A stretch of 38,532 nt of DNA from Solirubrobacteraceae bacterium (GCA_036000295.1 DASYFZ010000362.1:1-38532), one strand, 5' to 3'; positions 25,998 to 36,388 are shown, numbered from the stretch's first letter. A program made the numbers and translations. Notes: a model not told the origin generated them from the sequence alone.

Positions 25998-26380
25998 GGG
26001 GTCGGAAGGACCGCGATCGCTTCGATCGAGACAAGCAGGCCGCGGGGCAGCCGCACGTGGGCAGGTGCAGACCGCGCCGGTGGTGGATCGGGCATGTGTC
26101 GGGCGTAGACCTCATTCAGGCGACCGAAGTCCTCGACGTTGGCGTAGAAGATCGTCGTCTTGACCACGTCCTCCATGGACGCCCCGGCGGCGCCGAGCAC
26201 GGCCGCGAGGTTGCGGAGCGCCTGGTCTGTCTGCGCCTCGATCCCATCCGCAACGGCGCCGGTCGCGGGGTCGATCCCCGCCATCCCCGAGCAGAAGACC
26301 ATGCCGCCCGCGACGATCGCCTGGCTGTAGGGCCCGAGCGCGTCGGGGGCCTGATCGCTCGATACCGCCCTTCGGGCCAC
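25994..26380 (-). CDS. RidA/YjgF family enamine/imine deaminase
   Basis: AP..LGPYSQAI...VFCSG, VVKTTIF, NEVYA, PARS and LP.GLLVSIEAIA. Confidence 0.92.
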   Translation of the reverse strand: MARRAVSSDQAPDALGPYSQAIVAGGMVFCSGMAGIDPATGAVADGIEAQTDQALRNLAAVLGAAGASMEDVVKTTIFYANVEDFGRLNEVYARHMPDPPPARSAPAHVRLPRGLLVSIEAIAVLPTP

Positions 26381-26403
26381 CGCGCGCTCGTCGCCTCTGG
26401 GGA

Positions 26404-26922
26404 TCAGCGTGCGGCTTGCTCGGCTCGGCGCGGGAGCTTCCAGCCCGGACGCACGAAGTGGCAGGTGTAGCCGTTGGGGTAGCGCTCCAGGTAGTCCTGG
26501 TGCTCGGGCTCGGCCTCCCAGAACGGTCCAGCGGGCTCCACCTCGGTGACGACCTTGCCGGGCCACAGTCCGGACGCGTCGACGTCGGCGATCGTGTCCT
26601 CGGCGACGTGGCGCTGTTCGTCGTCGACGTAGTAGATCGCCGACCGATAGCTCTTGCCGATGTCGTTGCCCTGACGGTCCTTCGTCGTCGGGTCGTGAAT
26701 CTGGAAGAAGAACTCCAGCAGGTCGCGGTAGGAGATGCGGTCGGGGTCAAACGTGATCTCGATCGCCTCGGCATGCGTGCCGTGGTTGCGATAAGTCGCG
26801 TTCGGCACGTCGCCGCCCGTGTAGCCGACGCGCGTGCTGACGACGCCGTCGAGCTTGCGGATCAGGTCCTGCACACCCCAGAAGCAACCGCCGGCAAGGA
26901 TCGCCTTCTCGGTTTCGGCCAT
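26404..26922 (-). CDS. msrA: Peptide methionine sulfoxide reductase A
   Basis: AGGCFWG active site, [26 protein letters not shown] and GYTCH; GAGGAGG RBS. Confidence 0.97.
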   Translation of the reverse strand: MAETEKAILAGGCFWGVQDLIRKLDGVVSTRVGYTGGDVPNATYRNHGTHAEAIEITFDPDRISYRDLLEFFFQIHDPTTKDRQGNDIGKSYRSAIYYVDDEQRHVAEDTIADVDASGLWPGKVVTEVEPAGPFWEAEPEHQDYLERYPNGYTCHFVRPGWKLPRRAEQAAR

Positions 26923-27036
26923 TCTCAATTCCTCCTCGTGACGGTCTTCGCTCGCTCTACACGCCGTGCCCAACGGCACGAGTCATGTACACCTAGCGTA
27001 CCGGGGCGCGGGCCCCCGGCGGCCGCGATTTGGTCC

Positions 27037-29325
27037 TCAGAGCAACTTGTCCAGGGTGATCGGAAGATCGCGAACGCGCCGGCCGGTCGCGTTGTAGACC
27101 GCGTTGGCGACGGCCGCGCCAACACCGGTGATCCCGATCTCGCCGATTCCACGCGCGCCAGCGGGTGCGTACGGGTCCGGGATGTCGGTCCACATCAGCT
27201 CGATCGCCGGCACGTCCAGGTGGACGGGCACGTGATATTCCGCGAGGCTCGGGTTCATGATCCGGCCTGTGCGCTCGTCGAAGTTGGTGTCTTCCATCAA
27301 CGCGAGCCCGAGGCCCATGATGATCCCACCGCGGAACTGGCTCGCGGCCGTCTTGGCATTGATGATGCGCCCACAGTCGTAGGAGCCGAGCACGCGGTCG
27401 ACGCGCGTCTCGCCCGTGGTCGCGTTGACCCGGACCTGACAGAAGATCGCGCCGCACGAATGCATCGAGTACGCCTGCATCTCGGCTGGGTCCGACGCCA
27501 TAGCCTCGACCGTCACCTCATCGCGGCCGGCCTGTCGCAGGATCTCGGCGTAACTCTGCCAGCGGCTGGGGTCGGCCAGTTCGCACAAGCCCTCGTCGCG
27601 TCCGCCGACCTCATCGGCGGTCAGTCCGGCCAGCGTCGATTCGTCGCTTGCAAGTGCGAGCAGTTGCTCGACGAGCGCACGCTGGGCCGAGATCACTGCG
27701 CCGGCGATCGAAGCCGTCTGTGACGAGCCTCCGGCAAGCAGGTTGCCGGGGAACGACGAGTCGCCGTAGGCAATGGCTACACGCTCCAACGGCAGACCAA
27801 GCCGCTCGGCGGTGACTATCGCCTGGGTCGTCGAGGTCCCCATCCCCATGTCGGCGGCCGGCACTGCGACCGTCGCATGCCCCGTCTTGTCGAGCGTGAT
27901 CCGTGCGGCGCCGCCGGGGAAGCGGTGGTAGGGGTACGTGCCAAGGGCGCAGCCTGTGCCGATCAGCCATTCCCCCTCGCGCCGGGTGCCCGGCTCTGCG
28001 CGGTGCTCCCATCCAAAGCGATCCGCACCCCCGCGCCACGCATCGACGATATGCCGCGAGGAGTAGGGGAGGCCGGTGCTTGGATCCTTGTCGGGCTCGT
28101 TTCGGAGCCGCAACTCGATGGGGTCCATGCCGAGCTCGATCGCGAGCTCGTCGATCGCCGACTCCAACGCGAACGTGCCGACCGACTCCCCAGGCGCACG
28201 CATGAACGAGTTGGCGAGCATGTCCATGTCGACGACCTGCTGGTCGGTCTTCAGGGTCTCGGTCGCGTACATGTGCCGTGCGGGGAAAGTGAATTGCTCG
28301 GCGAGCCCGTTGTACGGGGTCATCGCCGAGATCCCGGTGTGGATGAGCGACTTGAAGCGACCGTCGTCATCCGCGCCGATGGCGACCCGCTGCTCGGTGT
28401 TCGTGCGACCGCCGACGAGTCGATAGACGCCCTCGCGCGACAGCGTGACGCGGACGGGACGGCCTGCGAGCTTCGACGCGGCGGCCCCGATGAGATGGTG
28501 AGACCACAGCGTCTTGCCGCCGAATCCGCCACCGACATACGGCGAGGTGATGTGAACCTGCTCCTCGTCGATGCCGAAGACCTGCGCGAACGTCCAGGCG
28601 TGGCCCTTCACGCCCTGGCTGGCGTCGTGGACGATCAGCTCCTCGCCATCCCAGGCAAGCGTCACCGCGTGCGGCTCGATCGCGTTGTGGTTATGGCGCG
28701 GCGTCCGGTAGGTCAAATCGACGGAGTGGGGAGCGTCGATCAACGCGGCCTCGGCATCGCCGACCAGGACCTCGACCGCCTGTCCCACGAGGCTGTCGGG
28801 CGTCCGCGGGTGCGCCCGGGCCTCCTCGAACGTGCGCGGCGGCGACGACTCGTATGCCACCTCGATCAAGGACGCGGCGTAGTCGGCCTGCTCCGGTGTC
28901 TCGGCCAGGACGATCGCGACCGGTTCGCCGTTCCAGTGGATGCTGTCGTCCTGCATCACGGGCAAGTTGGCGCCCCCGGCCGCTTTGGGCCCGGTCAGGA
29001 ACAGGGGCGGAGGCTGCATCGACGGCGCGTTGGGGTAGGTCATGACGAGCACGACTCCGGCCGCTGCTTCGGCGGCGCTTGTGTCGAGGGTCGTGATGCG
29101 GCCCCGGGCGATCGTGCTGTAACGGAGCGCGGCGTAGACCATGCCGTCCATCACATACTCGGCGGCGAAGCGAGCCTCGCCGCGGACCTTGAGCGGCCCG
29201 TCGAGGCGCGACACCTGCGCTCCGATGAGCCCGTGCTTGGCGCGCACCAAGGGGTCTGGGCTGTTCGTCGGCGTCCAGTCCTCGGGGACAGTCGCGACCG
29301 CGCGCTGGGTCTCTCCGTTGCTCAC
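27037..29325 (-). CDS. yagR: Xanthine dehydrogenase family molybdopterin-binding subunit (YagR/PaoC-like)
   Basis: RLDGPLKVRGEARF, HNAIEPH, VGGGFGGK, MRAPGE, DMGMGT, AGGS and ARGIGEIG (catalytic Glu); GTGA overlap with the FAD subunit gene. Confidence 0.93.
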   Translation of the reverse strand: MSNGETQRAVATVPEDWTPTNSPDPLVRAKHGLIGAQVSRLDGPLKVRGEARFAAEYVMDGMVYAALRYSTIARGRITTLDTSAAEAAAGVVLVMTYPNAPSMQPPPLFLTGPKAAGGANLPVMQDDSIHWNGEPVAIVLAETPEQADYAASLIEVAYESSPPRTFEEARAHPRTPDSLVGQAVEVLVGDAEAALIDAPHSVDLTYRTPRHNHNAIEPHAVTLAWDGEELIVHDASQGVKGHAWTFAQVFGIDEEQVHITSPYVGGGFGGKTLWSHHLIGAAASKLAGRPVRVTLSREGVYRLVGGRTNTEQRVAIGADDDGRFKSLIHTGISAMTPYNGLAEQFTFPARHMYATETLKTDQQVVDMDMLANSFMRAPGESVGTFALESAIDELAIELGMDPIELRLRNEPDKDPSTGLPYSSRHIVDAWRGGADRFGWEHRAEPGTRREGEWLIGTGCALGTYPYHRFPGGAARITLDKTGHATVAVPAADMGMGTSTTQAIVTAERLGLPLERVAIAYGDSSFPGNLLAGGSSQTASIAGAVISAQRALVEQLLALASDESTLAGLTADEVGGRDEGLCELADPSRWQSYAEILRQAGRDEVTVEAMASDPAEMQAYSMHSCGAIFCQVRVNATTGETRVDRVLGSYDCGRIINAKTAASQFRGGIIMGLGLALMEDTNFDERTGRIMNPSLAEYHVPVHLDVPAIELMWTDIPDPYAPAGARGIGEIGITGVGAAVANAVYNATGRRVRDLPITLDKLL

Positions 29326-30311
29326 GAGCGTGCTCCCTCGGTCAGCTGTTGCAGGACGGCGGTGAGCGTTCGGCGGGCAAGCTCGACCTTGAACGCGTTG
29401 CCGGCAAGCGGGCGGGCATCGGCGAGCTCCGCGTCGGCCGCCTTCGCGAACGTGGCGTCCGTCGCGGGCTCGCCGCGCAGCGCCTGCTCGGCACGCCTGG
29501 CTCGCCATGGCTTCGGAGCTACTCCGCCCAAGGCGAGTCGCGAGCCCACGATCCTGTCGCCGTCGAGTTCGAGCGCGGCCGCGACCGAAACGAGCGCAAA
29601 CGCGTAGCTGGACCGATCGCGCACCTTGCGATAGGTCGACTGTTCGGCGGGATTGGACGCAGGCAGCTCCACGGCCGTAATCAGCTCGCCGGGCTCGAGC
29701 ACCGTTTCGATATCGGGACGATCCTCGGGCAGGCGATGCAGATCGCAGAGGTCGACCGTGCGCTCGCCGGTCAAGCTTCGAAGGTGGACGACGGCGTCCA
29801 GTGCGGCAAGCGCCACGCACATGTCCGACGGGTGCGTGGCAACGCACGCGGGCGACGCTCCCAGGATCGCGTGTACGCGGTTGAAGCCCTCGATCGCGTC
29901 ACATCCGTCGCCCGGCGTCCGCTTGTTACAACGCGAGCCGTCGGTGTCGTAGAAGTAGGTGCAGCGCGTGCGCTGCAGCAGGTTGCCGCCGACCGTCGCC
30001 ATGTTGCGGATCTGCGCCGAGGCGCCCGCCACGATCGCGCGAGCGAGCATCGGGTAGCCGGATCGAACGGCCTCGTGCTCAGCGACCGCGGTATTGCGCG
30101 CCGCCGCTCCGATCATCAGTCCGCCATCGGCGGTTGGCGCGATCTCCCGCGACAGGCCTGTGACGTCGACGAGCGCTGACGGCGTCTCGACGGTCTCGCG
30201 CATCAGGTCGACAAGGTTCGTGCCCCCACCGAGGTACCGTCCCGGCCCGTCGGCCGCACGGCGGACCGCGTCATCGGCATCAGTGGCGCGAGCGTACGTG
30301 AGCTCGATCAC
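29322..30311 (-). CDS. yagS: FAD-binding subunit (YagS/PaoB-like) with a 4-Cys insert
   Basis: GGGTNLVDLM, GASAQIRNMATVGGNLLQRTRC.YF...CNKR.PG.GC...CVATHPSD and YRKVRDRSSYAFA. Confidence 0.93.
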   Translation of the reverse strand: MIELTYARATDADDAVRRAADGPGRYLGGGTNLVDLMRETVETPSALVDVTGLSREIAPTADGGLMIGAAARNTAVAEHEAVRSGYPMLARAIVAGASAQIRNMATVGGNLLQRTRCTYFYDTDGSRCNKRTPGDGCDAIEGFNRVHAILGASPACVATHPSDMCVALAALDAVVHLRSLTGERTVDLCDLHRLPEDRPDIETVLEPGELITAVELPASNPAEQSTYRKVRDRSSYAFALVSVAAALELDGDRIVGSRLALGGVAPKPWRARRAEQALRGEPATDATFAKAADAELADARPLAGNAFKVELARRTLTAVLQQLTEGARS

Positions 30312-30814
30312 GACGCCTGCTCCGCGTACACCTCGGTGATCGCGTCGACGATCCCGTTATAGGCGCCACAGCGGCAGAGGTTCCCGCTCATTCGCTCGCG
30401 CAACTCATCGTGGCCGAAAGCGACGTCGGTGGCGGTGAGGTCGTCGGTGACGTAGCTGGGCACGCCACGGCGAAGCTCCTCGACCATGCCGACCGCGGAG
30501 CAGATCTGGCCAGGCGTGCAATAGCCGCACTGGAACCCGTCGTGATCGATGAATGCCTGCTGCAGCGGGTGCAGCCCGCCGCCGGAGGACAGCCCCTCGA
30601 TCGTGGTCACCTCGCGGTCCTCGTACTGGACGGCGAGCGCCAGGCACGAGAGCACCCGCTCGCCGTCGACGAGCACCGTGCAGGCCCCGCAAGCTCCCTG
30701 ATTGCAGCCCTTTTTGGAACCGTAGAGCTCCAGGTGCTCGCGCAGGAAGTCGAGCAGCGAGACGCGAGCGTCGGCGGGAGCCGGCGCCTCGCGGCCGTTG
30801 ATGATCATCGGCAC
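30308..30814 (-). CDS. yagT: [2Fe-2S]-binding subunit (YagT/PaoA-like), no Tat leader
   Basis: GSKKGCNQGACGACTV..SC, QCGYCTPGQ and GNLCRCGAY; GAAAGGA RBS. Confidence 0.93.
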   Translation of the reverse strand: MPMIINGREAPAPADARVSLLDFLREHLELYGSKKGCNQGACGACTVLVDGERVLSCLALAVQYEDREVTTIEGLSSGGGLHPLQQAFIDHDGFQCGYCTPGQICSAVGMVEELRRGVPSYVTDDLTATDVAFGHDELRERMSGNLCRCGAYNGIVDAITEVYAEQAS

Positions 30815-31094
30815 GGCGATCGTCCTTTCAGCGAACTCATGATGGAAGCGCTACCCCACGTCCGTCCATGCTCACATTTTCGCAGGGCGGCGCGGGCGAC
30901 CGGGGTCCAACGGGTCGTCCCGCGGGTTGGCTCGGCTCGGACGGCCTGACGCAGGACGATCGCCGCCGTCCGTGCGGCCGGCAGCTAGAGGGATGAATCC
31001 GAGTGTGGACGATGAACTAAGCTGCGACCGGCCCAGCGCACATCGCGATGGACCGAGTATCTGACCTCGACGCGACATCAGGAGGCCACTCGTC

Positions 31095-32120
31095 ATGCAG
31101 CTGGGAATGGTTGGACTTGGGAGGATGGGCGCCAACATGGTCCGCCGCCTGATGCGCGACGGACATGAGTGTGTGGTGTACGACGTACGACAAGATTCCG
31201 TGGCCGCGCTCGAGCAGGAGGGCGCCGTCGGCTCGGATTCGCTGGAGAGCTTTGTTGCCAAGCTGAAGCCGCCCCGGGCGGTCTGGGTAATGGTCCCGGC
31301 CGCGTTCACTGACCAGACGCTTGACCAGCTCGCCGATGTGCTCGATAAGGGCGACGTTCTGATCGACGGCGGCAACAGCTACTACCGCGATGACCTCGAC
31401 CGCGCTGACCGGTTCGAGCCCCGCGGCATCCACTATGTCGACGTCGGCACCAGCGGCGGCGTCTTCGGCCTCGAGCGTGGCTATTGCCTGATGATCGGCG
31501 GCAAGGACGAGGCCGTCCAGATGCTCGATCCCGTCTTTCGCACGCTGGCGCCCGGTCTCGGCGAAGCAGAGCGAACCCCTGGTCGCAGCGGCGAGCCGAC
31601 CACGGAAGAACTTGGATACCTGCACTGCGGGCCGGCGGGTGCGGGCCACTTCGTGAAGATGGTCCACAACGGCATCGAATACGGGCTCATGGCCGCCTAC
31701 GCCGAGGGCCTGAACGTCCTGCACCACGCGAACATCGGCAAAGCCACTCAGGAACACGACGCCGAGACCGCACCGATCAGCGACGCCGAGCGCTACTACT
31801 CCTACGACTTCGACATGCCAGCGATCGCGGAGGTGTGGCGTCGCGGCAGCGTGATCGCCTCGTGGCTATTGGATCTCACCGCCATCGCGCTGGTGGAATC
31901 CCCGCAGCTCGAGGAATTCAGCGGACGGGTCTCTGACTCGGGTGAGGGTCGCTGGACCGTCGCCGCCGCGGTCGACGAGAGCGTTCCGGCCAACGTGCTG
32001 GCCGCGTCCCTGTTTAGCCGCTTCAGCTCGCGCGGCGAGGCCGACTACGGCGACAAGCTGCTGTCGGCGATGCGCAAGCAGTTCGGCGGCCACGCGGAGA
32101 AGCCATCGGCCGGCGTGTGA
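31095..32120 (+). CDS. gnd: 6-phosphogluconate dehydrogenase, decarboxylating (short YqeC-type)
   Basis: [40 protein letters not shown] and MRKQFGGH; AGGAGG RBS. Confidence 0.96.
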   Translation: MQLGMVGLGRMGANMVRRLMRDGHECVVYDVRQDSVAALEQEGAVGSDSLESFVAKLKPPRAVWVMVPAAFTDQTLDQLADVLDKGDVLIDGGNSYYRDDLDRADRFEPRGIHYVDVGTSGGVFGLERGYCLMIGGKDEAVQMLDPVFRTLAPGLGEAERTPGRSGEPTTEELGYLHCGPAGAGHFVKMVHNGIEYGLMAAYAEGLNVLHHANIGKATQEHDAETAPISDAERYYSYDFDMPAIAEVWRRGSVIASWLLDLTAIALVESPQLEEFSGRVSDSGEGRWTVAAAVDESVPANVLAASLFSRFSSRGEADYGDKLLSAMRKQFGGHAEKPSAGV

Positions 32121-32126
32121 AAGCTG

Positions 32127-32396
32127 TTGCCTGACGCCTGGGTGTATCTGCTGCGCTGTCGCGACGCATCGCTGTACACCGGTTGGACCGTCGATTTGCA
32201 GCGCCGGCTTGCTCGCCACCAAGCCGGCGTTGCCAGTCGCTATACGGCCAGCCGGCTGCCGGTGGAGCTCGTGGTGGCGATCCCGATGCCTGACAAGAGT
32301 GCCGCGCGGCGCGAGGAGGCAAGGATCAAGCGCCTCCCGCGGTTGGCGAAGCTCGCGCTGATCGCGGACGCGGCGGACCAGCGCCAAGCCAGCTGA
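32127..32396 (+). CDS. Small GIY-YIG nuclease (UPF0213-like)
   Basis: VYLLRC.D.SLYTGWT.DL.RRL..H..G..SRYT..RLPV...A.REE.RIK.L.R..K. Confidence 0.88.
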   Translation: MPDAWVYLLRCRDASLYTGWTVDLQRRLARHQAGVASRYTASRLPVELVVAIPMPDKSAARREEARIKRLPRLAKLALIADAADQRQAS

Positions 32397-32406
32397 CGGC
32401 GGCTGA

Positions 32407-34020
32407 TCAGGCGCCGGCGATCGCCCGGGCGGCGATGCGTCCGGAGAACACACAGCCGCCGAGGAAGGTGCCTTCGAGCGAGCGTTTGCCGTGCATGCCG
32501 CCGCCTCCGAAGCCCGCGGACTCTCCCACCGCATAGAGCCCCTCGACCAGGCTTCCGTCGGGGCGCAGCACGCGTGACTGCAGGTCGGTCTGGATACCTC
32601 CGAGGCTCTTGCGCGCCATCACCGTCATCCGGATTGCGATCAGCGGCATGGCGCGGCTGTCGACGATCTGCTGGAAGTTGCACGTCCGCAGGCGGTCTCC
32701 ACGCCAGTTGCGCAGCTGGGCGACGCGACGCAGCTGGTCGTCGTTGAACAGCGGTTTGCCGCGAGCGATCGTCGCGTCGTAGGCGCTGACCTCTCGCTGC
32801 AGCAGCTCGACATCGAGCGCCCCGTCGTTGGTTACGTCCTGCATCCGTTGCCCGAGCTCGGAAAGGGAGCGGCCGGTGACGAAGTCCGGGCAATGCTCGA
32901 CGAAGTGCCTGACGAGCGTCGGCTTACCGAGGGCGATCGAGAGCAGGAATCGCACGAGTCGTTTCTCGCGAATGTTCGGGTTGTGCTGAGAACCCGACAC
33001 GTCGAGCTCGCGGCGCGCGATCTTCCAATTGCAGATCATCCAGTAGTACGCACGCTCGTCCTCGCACATCCGCTGCAGCGCGTAGTACGCATCGAAGGTT
33101 GGGATCAGCGCAGCCGGACCGTATCGGCGGCCGGTGGGGTCGAGCACCAACCCGGACCGTGGCGGGATCAGCTTCAACCCGTGCAGCGGACGCCTCGGCT
33201 GCGGATGGCGAACAGCGTCGGCGTAGTTCCACATCCGCGAGAGGTGCGTGACGTTGCCGCCGATCCGATTGACCTCTTCGTGCATCGCGCCGTCGGCGTA
33301 GTAGTGCGAGCCCATCAAGATCTCCGCGGGGGCAGATCCCAGCTCGGCGGGCCATTCGCGGCGCACGATGTCCAGGTTCCCGCCGACACCGCCAGCGGCG
33401 ATCACCACCCGGCCTGCGCGGACCTCGATCTGCTCCGCTCCCTCGTCGGGAAGGATCCGGCAACCGCACACGACGCCGTTCTCCTGTAATAGCTCGGTCA
33501 CGCGAGTACCAAAACGCACCTCGAGCGCAGACCGGCGGGGGTGTCGCTGGATCGAGTCCCAGACCGCATCGACCAGCGCCAGCCCGCAGCCCCAGGCCAG
33601 GTGAAATCTCGGTACGGAGTTGCCGTCACCGTACATGCCGCGCTCGGCCCAGTTGACGACCGGAAAGAACCGAACGCCGTGAGACTTGAGCCAGCCGCCC
33701 ACCTCATCGCGCGCACGTGAGACGTATTCCTGTGCCCAGCGCCGCGGCCACTCGTCCTCCTGGTCGAACTCGGCTACGCGCTGCCAGTCCTCGAAGGCGA
33801 GCTCGACGCTGTCGCGGATCCCGGAAAACCGCTGCTCGCGCGTGTCGACCATGAACATCCCGCCGAAGGCCTCGCGCGCGAGTCCGCCGACCTCATGCGG
33901 CGCGCATCGATCCACTAGAAGAACGCGCGCGTGTGCGCGTTCGAGCAGCTCCAACGTAGTGACGAGACCGGCCAAGCCGGCTCCGACCACCACGACATCA
34001 ACCGTCGGCGCATTGAGCAT
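32407..34020 (-). CDS. FAD-binding dehydrogenase (uncharacterised KsdD-like/PRK12834-type)
   Basis: VVVGAGLAGL, FFPVVNWAERG..G.GNSVPRFH, RKSLGGIQTDL and GESAGFGGGGMHGKRSLEGTFLGGC. Confidence 0.9.
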   Translation of the reverse strand: MLNAPTVDVVVVGAGLAGLVTTLELLERAHARVLLVDRCAPHEVGGLAREAFGGMFMVDTREQRFSGIRDSVELAFEDWQRVAEFDQEDEWPRRWAQEYVSRARDEVGGWLKSHGVRFFPVVNWAERGMYGDGNSVPRFHLAWGCGLALVDAVWDSIQRHPRRSALEVRFGTRVTELLQENGVVCGCRILPDEGAEQIEVRAGRVVIAAGGVGGNLDIVRREWPAELGSAPAEILMGSHYYADGAMHEEVNRIGGNVTHLSRMWNYADAVRHPQPRRPLHGLKLIPPRSGLVLDPTGRRYGPAALIPTFDAYYALQRMCEDERAYYWMICNWKIARRELDVSGSQHNPNIREKRLVRFLLSIALGKPTLVRHFVEHCPDFVTGRSLSELGQRMQDVTNDGALDVELLQREVSAYDATIARGKPLFNDDQLRRVAQLRNWRGDRLRTCNFQQIVDSRAMPLIAIRMTVMARKSLGGIQTDLQSRVLRPDGSLVEGLYAVGESAGFGGGGMHGKRSLEGTFLGGCVFSGRIAARAIAGA

Positions 34021-34071
34021 GACGGGGCACCGTACCGTCAAGCTGCAGCCAAGGCTCCGCTAGGCGTGAGG

Positions 34072-34093
34072 GTTTCGGGCCGATCCCGGGTAT
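34072..34093 (+). promoter_or_regulatory. Possible SigB/SigF-type stress promoter (GTTT-N12-GGGTAT)
   Basis: Matches both boxes just upstream of the SRPBCC RBS, but the spacer is shorter than canonical. Confidence 0.35.
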
Positions 34094-34103
34094 GAGGGGC
34101 CTC

Positions 34104-34562
34104 GTGGCCGACTTAGAGGGTTCCCGGTCGATCGAGATCGCCGCACCACCGGAGCGCTGCTTCGCGATCGCCGCCGACGTCGATCGTGTCCCGGAGTGGC
34201 ATGGCGCGATGACGCACGTGGAGGTGCTCGAGCGCGATGGCGACGGGCGCGCGACGGTGGTCGACAGCCAGATCGACGCGACGGTCGCGCGGGTGCGGGT
34301 CCGCCTGCGTTTCAGCTACAACGAGCCGCTGACCTTGCAGTGGACGCGGGAGGGCGGGGATCTGAGCTCGCTGGTCGGGTCTTGGCACTTTCAGGAGCGC
34401 AGCGACGGCGTGACCCTCGCGACCTATGCGCTCGAGATCGGGGTCGGCCCGCGTCTGGGCATGCTCGTGCGGACCGTGCGCGGTCCGGTGCGCAGCCGGA
34501 TCGAATCGCTGCTCACCGATCGGCCGGTCGAAGGACTCAAGGCTCGCGCCGAGGCATCCTGA
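34104..34562 (+). CDS. SRPBCC/polyketide-cyclase (START) family protein
   Basis: SIEIAAPPERCFAIAADVDRVPEW...GDLSSLVGSW...ATYALE...LKARAE; GAGGGG RBS before the GTG (alternative ATG 34092). Confidence 0.87.
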   Translation: MADLEGSRSIEIAAPPERCFAIAADVDRVPEWHGAMTHVEVLERDGDGRATVVDSQIDATVARVRVRLRFSYNEPLTLQWTREGGDLSSLVGSWHFQERSDGVTLATYALEIGVGPRLGMLVRTVRGPVRSRIESLLTDRPVEGLKARAEAS

Positions 34563-34631
34563 TCGGTCTACGCAAGCACCTCGGCAGTGGACCGCGTCCG
34601 AGCCTGACCTGTTCGCCGGGTAGGACACAAC

Positions 34632-35351
34632 TCAGCGGGCGGTCGTGGCGACTAACAGTTTGTAGAAGACCGGTTCGCCGGTGGTCGTGATCCGATGCTT
34701 GAATCGCGTTCGCTCCGCGACCTGGAGATCACCCCGGTCCGTCAGCTGCCGGACCGCGACACCGAAGCCATCAGGGTCCGACGTGTCCATCCACCGTTCG
34801 TCGATCGTAAGCACGATCGGGGCGCCCGGGGGGAGGATCGCCAGCGCGTTGACGAGCGCTGCCGGCGGCGCGTGCGTGCCCCCGAACGCTCCGGCCGACA
34901 CGAGCCCTCCGAGCTCGTGCGCGCGCAAATCGGTCCATAGCTCGGAGTCGCCCGAACCGAGGTCGCCGACCAGATAGCTGCCGTAAACACCGGGCCGATC
35001 GCGCAGGCACGCGGCACGCGCCGCCGGCAGAGCATCGACGCCAACGATCCGTGTGACCCCACCGTTCGCCAGGAGCTCGCCAACCAAGCCCGTGCCGGCA
35101 CCTACGTCGAGCACCGTCATCGAGCTCGCCGGCAACCCGGCCCGCGCAGCCGCGCGCAGGAATCCCGCGGCTGCAACTTGCGGCGAACAGCACTGCAGCC
35201 GCTCCTGCACGACGTGCTCGTACAGTCCCGGCACCGCGTAGATCCGCGTGTAATCGTGGAGGTGAACGATCTCGCGATCGCCGAGCGCGACATATTCGCC
35301 GTCGACGCTTGGCGGGCCGACCAGCCGGACATCTTCAAACGAGGTCGCCAT
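34632..35351 (-). CDS. Class I SAM-dependent methyltransferase
   Basis: Motif I VLDVGAGTGLVG, IVGVD, and N-terminal HDYTRIYAVPGLYE. Confidence 0.85.
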   Translation of the reverse strand: MATSFEDVRLVGPPSVDGEYVALGDREIVHLHDYTRIYAVPGLYEHVVQERLQCCSPQVAAAGFLRAAARAGLPASSMTVLDVGAGTGLVGELLANGGVTRIVGVDALPAARAACLRDRPGVYGSYLVGDLGSGDSELWTDLRAHELGGLVSAGAFGGTHAPPAALVNALAILPPGAPIVLTIDERWMDTSDPDGFGVAVRQLTDRGDLQVAERTRFKHRITTTGEPVFYKLLVATTAR

Positions 35352-35458
35352 GCCTTGAGACTAGGCGACGACGCCGTGCTTGTCGGACCGTAACGGTCGC
35401 CTAACGCGAGGCCGCTAGCGTCATCGATCTTTAGGAAGCCGTACATCAAAGGAGTTGT

Positions 35459-36388
35459 ATGCATCACCGTTTTCGTTCCCTGGCCCTGGGTCTGCTCGGT
35501 TTGTTGGTGCTCGCACCGGCGGCAGCGGCAGCGACTCAGCAGAAGGCCGCTTCCAAGCCCACGTCGGTCAAGGGGATCATGTTGTCGCTTGGCGACTCGT
35601 ATTCAGTCGGCTGGCAGGAGCTGTCCGGCGGCACTCAGGGCTCGACGCACAACGGCCCCGCCGATCAGCTGGTGCCGCTTGCCGCTGCTCGCGGCTGGCA
35701 CCTGAAGCTCGTCAACCTCGGCTGCGGCGGAGCGACGACTACCTCGATGCTGACGGCGTCGGCGGTGGGCTGCAACCCGCAGGCGCTCGCCCCGGGTGCG
35801 ACCAACTACCCCAACAAGAGCCAGACGCAGGCGGCGGTCGCGTTCATCAAGAGTCACCCCGGCCAGGTGAAGGTCGTCACGATCTCGATCGGCGGCAACG
35901 ACGTCGACGGTTGCCCGACCCAGCCCGATCCCACAGGCTGCGTGAAGGCGAACATGCCCAAGGCGACCAAGAACCTGACCAAGATCGTCAAGCAGCTGCG
36001 TGCCGCAGGCGGTAAGCAGATGCGGATCATCGGCTCGACCTACCCCGACGTTGAGCTCGGACTCTGGGTGCACCCGACGGTCCTCGGCGCCAACACGCTG
36101 GCCCTTGTCCCCGGGTCGATCAGCGCCTTCAAGGACAACATCAACCCGGGCCTCAAGAAGGCCTACGACAGCGTCGGCGCAGCGTTCGTCGACGTGACGA
36201 AGGCGACGGGAGCCTACGGCCCGTTCCTGGCCACCAACGATCCGACGTTCGGTCAGATCCCTGTGCCGGTCGCCAAGGTCTGCACATTGACCTACTTCTG
36301 CGACGGGACCTTCAATATTCACATGAAGACGCCCGGATACCACATCATCGCCGCGCTCGAAGCGGCGACGCTGCCCAAGCTGAAGTAG
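35459..36388 (+). CDS. Secreted SGNH/GDSL hydrolase
   Basis: Signal peptide; block I SLGDSYS, block II NLGCGGATT, block III ISIGGND, block V NIH...GY; AAAGGAG RBS. Confidence 0.9.
   Translation: MHHRFRSLALGLLGLLVLAPAAAAATQQKAASKPTSVKGIMLSLGDSYSVGWQELSGGTQGSTHNGPADQLVPLAAARGWHLKLVNLGCGGATTTSMLTASAVGCNPQALAPGATNYPNKSQTQAAVAFIKSHPGQVKVVTISIGGNDVDGCPTQPDPTGCVKANMPKATKNLTKIVKQLRAAGGKQMRIIGSTYPDVELGLWVHPTVLGANTLALVPGSISAFKDNINPGLKKAYDSVGAAFVDVTKATGAYGPFLATNDPTFGQIPVPVAKVCTLTYFCDGTFNIHMKTPGYHIIAALEAATLPKLK

Noticed and set aside
27001-27019. CCGGGG/CCCCGG hairpin after the Mo-subunit gene as an intrinsic terminator
   Set aside because: It is a short stem without a U-tract, and such stems arise readily by chance at this GC content.
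30815-31094. Moco/Wco riboswitch upstream of the molybdoenzyme operon
   Set aside because: Only a TCCGAGC word is present on the minus strand. The GGAAAC-loop and GCCTCC elements are not found.
32127-32396. GIY-YIG gene as a homing endonuclease or mobile element
   Set aside because: It is a stand-alone 89-aa UPF0213-type protein with no DNA-binding extension, intron or flanking repeats.
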